From: Laetmonice hystrix
Taxonomy: Eukaryota
Length of the DNA stretch: 64,000 bases
Reading direction: 5' to 3'
Assembly: GCA_965235115.1 (NCBI GenBank)
Contig: OZ249436.1
Location: 31,560,001 to 31,624,000 of the forward strand
Under the pieces are notes generated by a model. That model was not told the DNA's origin and searched no databases. It saw nothing but the letters and a program-made list of their open reading frames with translations. Shown here in pieces: positions 47,340-58,600 of this stretch (position 1 is its first letter; each line of letters begins with the position of its first letter). The position numbers and the translations under genes were made by a program.

Positions 47340-48660
47340 TCCATGGCGTGTAGGCTAGGCTCTATTATGTCAGTAAGGACACGGATCTTTGGGTGTACAG
47401 TACTGTATCAATATGATAGGGTTCCCTGGGTGTAAAATACTGTAGGCCTATAAATAAGGATAGGGATCACTAGTTGTACTGTACTGTGCCAGTAAGGATA
47501 GGGATCACTGTTTCTACTGTACTGTACTGTGTCAGTAAGGGTAGGGATCACTGGATATACTGTACAGTGTTAGAAAGGGTGGTGTTCACTGGATATACTG
47601 TACTGTACTATGTCAGTAAGGGTAGGGATCACTGGGTGTACTGTACAGTACTGTGTTATTAAGGGTAGGGATCACTGGGTGTACTGTACTGTGTCAGTAA
47701 GGGTAGGGTTCACTGGGTGTACTGTACTGTGTCAGTGAGGGTAGGGATCACTGGGTGTACAGTACTGTTTCAGTAAGGGTAGGATTCACTGGATGTACTG
47801 TACTCTGTCAGTAAGGGTAGGGATCACTGGGTGTACTGTACAGTAGGCCTACTGTGTCAGTAAGGGTAGGTATCACTGGGTGTACAGTACTGTGTCAGTA
47901 AGGGTAGGGTTCACTGGATGTACTGTACTGTGTCAGTAAGGGTAGGGATCACTGGGTGTACTATAGTGTGTCAGTAAGGATAGGGATCACTGGATGTACT
48001 GTACTGTGTCAGTAAGGTTAGGGATCACTGGATATACTGTACAGTGTTGGTAAGGGTAGGGTTCACTGGGTATACTGTACTGTACTATCTCAGTAAGGGT
48101 AGAGATCACCGGGTGTACTGTACAGTGTTAGTAAGGGTAGGGTTCACTGGGTGTACACTACTGTTTCAGTAAGGGTAGGGTTCATTGGGTGTACAGTACT
48201 GTTTCAGTAAGGGTAGGGTTTACTGGGTGTACAGTACTGTGTCAGTAAAGGTATACCGTAGATCTCTGGGTATACAATACTTTGTCAGTAAGGGTAGGGT
48301 TTAGTGGGTGTACAGTACTGTTTCAGTAAGTGTAGGGATCTCTGGATGTACAGTTCTGTGTCAGTAAGGGTAGGGTTCACTGGGTGTACTGTACTGTGTC
48401 AGTAAGGGTAGGGTTCACTGGGTGTACAGTACTGTGTCAGTAAGGGTAGGGTTCACTGGGTGTACAGTACTGTGTCAGTAAGGGTAGGGTTCACTGGGTG
48501 TACAGTACTGTGTCAGTAAGGGTAGGGTTCACTGGGTGTACAGTACTGTGTCAGTAAGGTTAGGGATCACTGGGTGTACAGTACTGTGTCTGTAGGGATA
48601 GGATCACTGGCTATACAGTACTGTGTCAATAAAGATAGGAATTGCTGGGGGCTAAGTACC
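47340..48660. repeat. 38-bp minisatellite (~30 copies) upstream of olfactomedin copy A
   Basis: Unit GTACTGTGTCAGTAAGGGTAGGGTTCACTGGGTGTACA with 43-bp variants; no counterpart seen upstream of copy B. Confidence 0.92.
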
Positions 48661-50383
48661 TTGTCATTAATGAGATAGGGATCGAGTAGACTCTACATAC
48701 TTCGGATCTTTTGAAATTTGGTGATTAGGGATTAAATGCGTCCTATGGAAATGCATATATTACATTGTATTTGGATCAATAAAATCAATTTAAAAATTTA
48801 ATCACTTTGTTGGGTGGTGTGACTTTTTAAGGAATGTAACTCTTAAAATGGACCAATATTATGGAATAGCCTACCCGTTAAGATAAGAGCATTAAAGGAT
48901 AAAAACAACTTTTAATCGGAAATTAGGAGATAGTATGTTTCTGTGGGACAATAACAGATAATTTAGATTGTGTAAAGGTAATACTTTATATCATTTGTTG
49001 TGAATGCTATATTTGATTATGGACTAGTGTAGATATTGTGTGTTGTGTACATTGATACTGTGATGTATAGGAAATTGTGTGATTGATGTTGGGTGACTAT
49101 TGGCTCTACCCCAGGATCCTGCATTTGTGACAGCACGATAATCGGCGCGATATCCTGGTGAAATATGTTCAATACAAAATGTTTTAAAAAGCTGCTTGAA
49201 CATGGCTTTGGATCCAAATTGGCACAAATTACAGAACTATAAGTCTGTATGTCACAAACTCGACTGTTTCTCTCATAGCTTTGCAGAAACTCCGTAATTT
49301 TAAGCGTGCATATTTCGCGTTTTCCCGCGTAAATTGTGTAACTTGGACTTTCACCAAAGTCATTGCCTCACAAATAATAGCGTTCAATGTTATACATGCA
49401 TGCATCAACTTCACCGCTGATGAATAAGATTTGCATCCGATCACGATGAAAATGATAACTAATTCACATTTATTACCAGTTACATTATACTTACTTGTTT
49501 CGGTACGATAAGATATTTGGCTAATTACGAGGGTTTTTTTCAATCAGACCTTCAACTTTGGGTCACACGTTGGAAATATGGCCTCGTGCCCTCTGATAGA
49601 AAGGGCGCGTGTAATGGTGTAACAATCCATCTATAATTTATTCCGGATTTCACAAAAGTCCCATCGAGGTCACCGAGGTGTAAAGAGAAAGATTACTCAG
49701 ATTCCAAGCTGCATGTAGAGATCAGTCAGTGACGAGGCAGTGACGTGCTTGGGCAAACCCTAGACGTTCTTCCTTAACTTGACTTTCTCCTCATATATAT
49801 ACCCCACCCAGGCCAATATACTTGTGAGGTACCATATTGGGGCCTCACGCATGTTACATTAATGACCCGGAGAGGAACCAATATAACTCTCCAAGAGATC
49901 AACCGATTTAGGTATGACCGGGGTGGATACTAATGTTGGGGAGGTATTATCGGGGTACTAATTTTTGGGAGGTATTATAGGGGTAGATACTAAGGCTGGG
50001 GATGGACAGTTGCTGGGGATAGTAGTTTATTCCTGATGTAAAAATGAGAGCTATCCATGCGTGCAAATTTCATATTTATTGCTGTTCAAGGATACAAACC
50101 TCTTTATGTTATAACAATCAAGTTTATAGAAGTAGATACGATTTACACGTATAGTATGACTTAGATTATTTTGTCAAAGACCATGCACTAAAACGGGTAT
50201 ATCAGAGTGAGTATACAGAATACTAATTTTCTTGTCTACAACCATGCAGGGTATCCCAAAGGAATGCTACGACAGGAACAGATCTTCATACTCCTTTAGT
50301 TTGACAGTGATTTTCGTTACATTGAGGAATTTTCTTATTCCTGTACGTTTCCCAAAACCCTTAACAAAATCTATTTAACTGAT

Positions 50384-52508
50384 TCACTCAGATTCGTGTT
50401 TGTGTTTCCATATGACACTAATCGTCACAGCGTGCCCATAGTCCCACCCGAAAAGAATTCGTTCGCGGGGATTGTAGGTCACATAAGCCAGTGACCCGTA
50501 CAGACTGGTGACGTCATACTGGAGCCTCGACTCTTGCTGTGTTTCAGGGTCAAACACTTCCTGGTTTGTGTGTATGCCGCCAGGAGGCAGGCGCTGGCTG
50601 TAAGAGTTGTAGGTGTAGGCCTATACCTTCCCGCATATCATGAAAGCCCCTCCTTTTCCCGTTTGCTTTATCTTCGACACCCATGTTGGGGAAACAACCA
50701 ACGTGTCGGGGTCAACGCGCCCAACTGCGAGTTCTCCACCACTGGTCTTTGAGTACAGTATCCACAGGCCCTTTTCGTCAGCATGAAAGGACACGTACGA
50801 ATAACCACCCCAGGAAAATGACTTGGATGTATGACTTAGTCCCCTCGTTAGTACAGACCCAGTAGATATATTATACTTGTATATAGTGCCACTGTATTGA
50901 TAGAAAAGTGCACCTCGATACACTAAGGAACCCGTGCCTTCAGTTGTGACTTTCTTGACGTTGTTTCTTCCACTGTCTCTGACGAAGCTAGAATAGTCGG
51001 TATATTTGGAGAAGTATCGAGCGGTCTTATCGTAACCCTCTCTGTACCAGATTTCTTGTCGCTGTGCCGACGTGAGGGGTAGAGGATCCTTATAAAATGT
51101 TCCGTACCGGTAACTGCTGCTGCTGCTCACCCAGCGATGTGTGACGACGTCCCCAAACCCGACAACCTCGTGTTCAGAACACCAGTCTAGATCGAATGAA
51201 GGACGATACACAAAATGACATCAAGGGAAAGGGAGGCCGAGAGGCAGGGAAACACATTCTTTGTCATGGATTATTTTGATCATTTAATGACGTTGTTAAT
51301 ATCCAAGAATAACCATTATTACTTACTTCCAAAGCTGTGTTTGAGTGGAAGCGTGTCCCCTTCGAAGAACGACGGGTTCACATTTTCTCTGCATCTTGAT
51401 ATTCGATCCCTCAGCCCTCTTAACTGAAAATATATTATGTACTGTTTAATAAACGAGACTTATTATCAAGCACATGAAAAATGATGAGAATTTTGCAATG
51501 CTTCTAAGTTCTATAATAAATGTGAGATACCCCGCTCGCGGACGTGCAAGGAAGACTTTTAAAAAACTTAGTGTAGTAATAGTGTAGTGCCTAAACCCCG
51601 AGTTCAAATATGTGGACTACTTCATCTTTCATCTTCTGGCGCTGTGTGTGTGGGTTCCGTTCCCACATTTCGGTAGTCAGGTTAAGGATTGTCTCCAGTT
51701 CGTCCTCTAGCCCAGGCACCGCATTCAGTCTCTCCGAACTCCCATTGGCATGGCGCACGAGGTTGGCCAGGATGTGCAGATTACGTTGCAATTCTACAAG
51801 TGGTGTATTTGAGGGAGTAACATTCGAATCCTTCTGCACATAAATCAGGTATGTTTTCTTAACTGGAGAAACGTCGGAGCGGTTCGAGCAGTAGAGGTAC
51901 TGCAGAATTCTAAAGTCACCCATTGTAGACTTTACCTTTACGGAAAATTAGGGCCTTAACACTCCAGAAAGGTACACAGATGACGGAGAAGAGGCAGATC
52001 AACAGGTCAGCAGACTGGTACATACCAAAGAGTTCCGTCACCGAAGTGTCGACAGACTGCTTGTTGATGTGTTCGTCCAAGTAGAGAATCCGAACGTGAA
52101 AATCCTCCAGGCGTTCATAGATCTCCGTGAAGTCCATTTTCCTCAGAATATTCTCCGCAGTACTCAAGCGTTCAAAGACGTCCTTCAGTGCTCGGTATTG
52201 GTGGATCATCGTCCAATCACTTTGAATGTTACATATGCATTGACCATCCTCTCGGCAGCCTACCACCTTTCGGTGTTCATCAAAATATATCACAGTAAAA
52301 ATGAAACTTTGAGTAAATCAGACCAATAAACTTTACTTGTTTCTACATGCCCCATTCTCTCATAGAACTTCAGTTTTTATAACAATCGTGAACAACCTAC
52401 CGACAAAAGCCCATTTTCGCCGATAGTCTCTTTCTGCGATGTCACACAAAGAATGCTACAAAATAGCAGTCCCAGCGAAATAGCCTCAGAGTAGGAGCTG
52501 AAATCCAT
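50384..52508 (-). pseudogene. Olfactomedin/noelin-like copy B with premature TAG (nonsense allele or young pseudogene)
   Basis: Exons 52508-52401, 52266-52026, 51862-51621, 51423-51327, 51186-50384, same structure as copy A. A 6-bp insertion relative to copy A gives MICGKV-TAG-GCC-YTYN with the stop at 50623-50621. The frame is otherwise open to the ancestral TGA at 50386-50384. Confidence 0.82.
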
Positions 52509-53465
52509 GGTAAGTGGTGAGTCTTTCAATGTACGTACGACTTACAATATCTAGGCCTACTCTTGTCGATACAATAGGGCCTACTGTGAAAGATGGTGTC
52601 CTTTCGATGCAGTCTGCGCGGAATGTGGAACTGGACTCTTTTTAAATGCCTTCTTATCACTGGACTATGGATGGAGCGCGTTGTGATGTTTACGTCATAG
52701 TACGTCATGGAAACCCCCGTCCATCCATGTGGCAGGCGATAGGCGCGCGATACCGTCACATTTCGACATCCGTAAAGTTGTATTATGATACATGTCTTAT
52801 CGACAGCACATTGGCTAATTAAGATCCCTGACACGAATCGAAAAAACTTCCTTCCTCTGTGGGTCTATTTTACATAGAATTTCGCATTTCTATCCCGCCA
52901 AACGGCTACTTTCTATATTAGGTCAGGCCTGAGAGCAAACTAACTCATAGGTTATCTTTAAACCAAACGTCAACTTTATCCATATGTAACCGTTCAGGCT
53001 CCGAGATATCCAACTGCAGGGTGTTATTTTGCCCCTTTGATAGGCCTGGGCCTAATAGATTTATCAGTATGGACCGAGACTTATATTTCGTTCTTACCTA
53101 GTACAATTGTTTAAGACATGGGTGTAGCCAGAGGGGCTAGAGGGGTTCGGATGAACCCCCCTTTTGCGGGGCACTATAAAATAAACGTCCAGCCAACTGT
53201 TCAAGCTGCTCCTCGTTTCGAGGCTGCACATGTAGGCTTATTAAAGGCAGTCATTAGATCAAAATCAACAAAAGTGACTTTTCCACAGGGTATCCACAGG
53301 GTATCCTTCTAGATAGTTTAGACACATTAAAAACTATCGGCACTACCGTAGAGACGTAGGCTTATAAGCAGCGATTTCCACGAGATTCAGAAAACTTTTT
53401 ACCGCTCCTTGCCTCAACGGGCCTGCACACTGAAGGCACGTGGCGTGTGTTTACTGACGTGACAC

Positions 53466-53703
53466 CTGGGGTGCGTTTCAATAAAGCCCAAAGATATCTT
53501 TGAAAACCTCGACGGAGTTATATACGTTCTGTATCTTTTAATATTGAAACGCACTCCTGCGGTGGAATGCGTTTCAATATCAAAAGATATCTTAGTCGAA
53601 GATGTCTTTTAGACTAGTGCAGTCTGGATGGGGAGAGAGCGAATGTTTCAATAAAAACCTCGCACCTGGCTCCAGCGAGGTTTCCAAAGATAATGCACCT
53701 GGG
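53466..53703. mobile_element. Harbinger-like MITE remnant
   Basis: GGGGTGCGTTTCAAT / ATTGAAACGCACTCC inverted repeats and AAAGATATCTTT palindromes resembling those in 21510-21700. Confidence 0.45.
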
Positions 53704-55683
53704 TATGGAATACCGGCGACTATGGTATTCAGGAAGTCCACAAAGTAGTCTTATCTGTACTTTGCAGTAAACGTCCTATCTGAACTTTGCCGAAGTTTCA
53801 TTTCAGCCAGAGGACGTGTCATTTTACCGACCCTCAAGGATACAATCCACTAGTCGGTTTTTTCTCTTCAAGATCGAGTTTAAAGGAGGACTCATGAGCT
53901 CCATGCTTTAAACCCGAAATTAGCAACCTTAGTAGTTTAAAGACCCCCCACCGCGACAGCCAGGCAAACGCCGTACCATATAGGCCTAACTAAAACTCGG
54001 TTGTTGTCGTTATTGTTGTTGGTCGTTGTTTTGCGTGGGGTTTAAGTTATCACGGGGGATGTACCAAGAACGTAAAGTATGCGATCTAAAGGACGGATCC
54101 TGCAAGGTTTTAACGTATAGGCCTATAATGACATATGTATGATGTCTATAACTGAACTGGAAGGGCGAGAAAATCCCGAGAGTATGTTCATGAACAAAAA
54201 TATATTTTATTTCAATATCACAGGAAAGTCAAAGTCGTCGCACTGTACGCTTACTATCCACACTGAGTTGTTTGACCACCCTATGACGTCACAGGCCTGC
54301 ATCACGTGTTTTCGTCCCAGCCAATCCTAGCCCCATGTCCCTGAATGCGACAACCACCAACCGACAAGTACATGTACCACTACACTATACCAAAGTAACC
54401 CACATTTGAGAAGACGAAATCTACGAAGACAAATAATTATGATCTAAGAAAGAAAATTATGTTTTAAGTTTCTATCAAAATGTGTTGTCTGTGATTTCTC
54501 GCTGTTCTAAGCTGTTACTATTACAGGTTAGTAATTAGAGACCTCTGGGGATTAGTCTACATTGCGCAAGGGCCTGTTAGGGGCCTACTCTGTTCTCATT
54601 TTACAGAAACAGGCTAGTGGACTTGTCAAAGGATAATAATCTGGAGCAGCCAAAAGGGAATACCCACGGGGGTGTACTAGGCCTTGTATACAAAATGGTC
54701 TATGCAATATATATTCGACTGCTTTCTAATGTTTGGCAGGTTTACAGAAGAAGATGATATCAATCGATATATAGAGACCTATGCCCAAGATGGCCCGTAA
54801 TTTGGTCCTATTACATGTACTTCTGATATAAGGGGTGCGGATTAGATGGGGTCCAGGTGTGTTTTTTGTTGTTGCCAGAAACAGTGCATGCTACCTTTAC
54901 AGACCAGTTGTAGCAGATGAGTTATGCTGAGCTTATTGGTTTGACTAACAAAAGATGTAGTATTAAACGAGTATTCCACCTATATTCACGCTTGGTAAAA
55001 CCAAAAGCAATGGAGAGGAAAAAACAGTTTCCTAGCCGAGCGTGACTGAAAAACTGGTTCGCATACTAACTTGTTTTTGTTGGACACAGAGCTGAGCCGT
55101 ATGTCTCGGAAACTACAATCTGCCCTGACTGGAGAAAGTAGCGCAGATATTTCTTTGGTTTGCAGCGAAATCTAAACGCTAGGTGGCGGTAGCCCTCGAT
55201 ATAGGATCTACCTGTTAAGTCGATAACCTGACGCCTGGTGGCGCTGGAAGCTTCAATGTGTTGGCCATATTGTGTCGACAGGCTCTGTTCTCTAAGTGCC
55301 AATATAGATCAACTTGCTTGAACATGGTTTTGGGCCCTGTTATTAAAATATCGGTTTCACTTAGAATGTAGGTCAGGACACATAATATTCAGTTCTTTTC
55401 GTTGTTGTTTTACTTCTGGCTTCATTTATACTAATTATACTCATCCGAGTTTTTCCTGAATTGCCTAGCTGTATATTAGAGGCTTAGGCCCATGTTATGA
55501 AGAATATCTCCTCTGATAGCTCCTTCAATATCCGTTTTCACAAAGATAGATTCATTGAAATCCGCGGCTACTTAGCCCTGCGGAAATTAGGTCTACACGT
55601 TAAAACTCGACCGTTTCTCATTCTGTCCTAGCTCTGCAGTTTCAAAGGATAACGCCAATAGCATTGCCGAAATATTGTAAATG

Positions 55684-58600
55684 TTATTCATCATATCGAT
55701 AATCAGACAGACTAAAGTCTTGCCCTTGGGAAGAAATACCCAGATTGTCACTGAAAGTAGAGTATAGTGTCCCACCACCGTCTCCTTCAACACCGTTCGA
55801 CGTCAGTCCAAGCTCTGGAGAACGAGCATCGTCTGAATTAATTTCATAGACGGGTTCAATTTCCGAAGAGTGACCTGTCTCTTGTAGGGTTTTCTCAAAG
55901 AGTCGCAATCTTGAGTTGATGAGATCCTTGTATTCGTCCGAGGATAGGTAGTCTCTGATTTTTTGGAGCCCCGTCTGCAGACGATCGCGGGAGTCACTCG
56001 TTTCTGACGTCTTGATAGGGTGTAGACCCTAAAACAGTGATTATAAAACAACCCACGGTAAGCACAGGGGTAGAGTAAGTACCAGGTATATCAGGTCGTC
56101 AACTGTATGCATAGGCCTAATGTGAGAAAGCTAGTCAGTACTTTTCTGGCGGAGAATTAACCCTGAGTATCCGTCACTTATATGCAAAGGGGCCTTTTCC
56201 TTAATTTAAATGTCCATATTCCGCGTTTTCCCGCGTAAATTACGTAAACTGGACTTTTACCAAAGTTATTGTCTCACAATGTTGTAGATGCACCTATACT
56301 TTGATTCACCTCTGCCGAGTAAGAATTGAAGTACACATGCACTCATAATTGTCAATCTGTGACTCCGATCACGCTTAAAATGACGACTAATTCACATTTA
56401 TAAGCAGTTATACATGTACTTATATTTCCGGTCATGTATTTTGCTGATATAACCTGTTTTCAATCAGAACCGTCACCTTTGGGTCACATGTAGGAAACAC
56501 GACCACGTACCCTAAGATAGAAAGTTACCGTAGGCCAACACAATGGTTTACACATAAGTAAAGAATGTAGCGTTTTAAGTGACCAGGGACCCGTTTCAGT
56601 GACGTTATACGAGCTCTTATATAAGACCACTTCGCTCGGAAATGAGAAGAAACCTGTATGCTGTGTTCCCTGTTCTGTTTGTGAGGCACCGATGCTTACG
56701 AAAACTATCCCCAGCTCCTTTTAGATATTTTTAAAAAAAGCATCGTAACTTTCACGCGTTTATTAATAGTGCCCCACAGGCTCCCGCCACCAGACATTCA
56801 GTGTGTATGTGTATATCTAGACTAAGAGCGTTTAGTTTGGAAATGACACTTCTGTCTTCTATAACGTCAACTTAAACTCTATGTTTACTTCCGGTTTGAC
56901 GAGTTTTACCGGATTGAACGGCAGTGGAAAATACCCAGCTCTTGGATCGAGGGTTGTGATTGGTGGGTGGTGAAGTTTGAGTTATGGGAGTGGAGAGTTA
57001 GAAGAACCAAACCAGATTTCCATGACAAAGGGTCACAGAGTGCTCCAGCCCTACTACCCTATCACCGTTATTATTGTCAATCAACCTTGGTGTCAGTCAG
57101 ACTTGTTCCAGTTGTGATAGCAACATTTCCGTTTCGTCCTGCGGCTTCGGGGTTTGCACCGGTTTGCAATATTTCTTATCAGAATTGTAAAGAAAACTCA
57201 TTAGTTTAGCCTTAGGCGCTGCCTTGGAATTATCTTAAATATACATGTATACTGGTCACTAGACTTAACTATAATTATAAGAAAACTGTAATTTTGCGGC
57301 CTTTTTAAAAGTATTGTTCATAAACTTTTAGACACAACCCATTATGATGCACATTTAGACCTGTGATTTTTCTGTTCACACTCACGGCATACAGTAAGCC
57401 ACAGATTATATGAGTTCGGCAACTTACACGTAGAGCCTTTAGGGATAGTTCATCTTCTTCATATTCTCGCTTTCGGCCGTAAGACTGGACGTGGTCAGGC
57501 AGTTCCTGAGTGCCATGTAGGACCAGGGTGACACTCTTCACCCGGCCAACGTTCTCCTCCCCGCTTTCCTAAATTAATTAATAAATTAAATAATTAACAT
57601 AACATACCGCCGGTTAATGGGTGAGGATTTCACGCCACGGATATCAACACCAATTCAGACAACCCGGGGAGGAGGGGCTGATCAACACAAAAATAATATT
57701 CAGCGGACGGTGCAAAAAAAAAACTCATGACGTTTATAATCGGCAAGAAAAATTACTCTTGCTGGGTTTGGTAGCCTGATGAAAAAATAATTTCACAATA
57801 CACCATCGCCAGGGCTATAAAATCAATGTTATAATGATCCACATGAAGACCTCTAGCGGCGTGTGGACTGTTTCTCGTACCCCGTCATCAGTGATGTTAA
57901 CAAGCCAGTGGCCGGCCGGGTCTTCACCCCACGTGTGGACAGACATAAACGGCCAGTTCACGAAACCGGCCGATGACGTATCACCCGGTCTCTTCGTCAG
58001 GAGGGTCGTCCGGGTACCTGACAACGACAGCGCACACTTTATAAACATATATTATACCTTTTCTGGATAGCGTTCGGCAATCTGGATTTTGGAAACATGT
58101 AGGCTATTTAAACATAAGAAAGTAAGGCATTTTTTATGAAAGAGCAGGCTATAGGCTAGATGTGAGCTTACTTGGAACAGTGGCGGATCCAATGGGAAAG
58201 CATTAATTAGGAGGCTAAAAAAATATTTTTTTCCAATCCTGGATCCGCTCCTATGTATATGGCCTATAGCCTATAGGCCCAAATTAGAGAAACTGTCCTA
58301 CATGCCAGAATCTAAGGGTTATTCGGAACTTCTGAACTAGACCACTAGGGGTCACCTCTAGTCAACCCTACAAACGGTGTTAGGCTATTAGGCCTATAAT
58401 ACCTAGTTGTATAGCCTATAGGCCTACTTTCTGTAGCCTATAGATCTATCATAGGTCTATACCCTTGAACATTCCAAACATTGACACAACTTTTATCATA
58501 CTGTAAATAAAAGCGATCCTACCACTCGGTGACGTCAGTTCGATCTGTAGCGCCCCCCTGCGGCTATATTCCATATTGACGGCGAGCTGCACGTGCTCCA

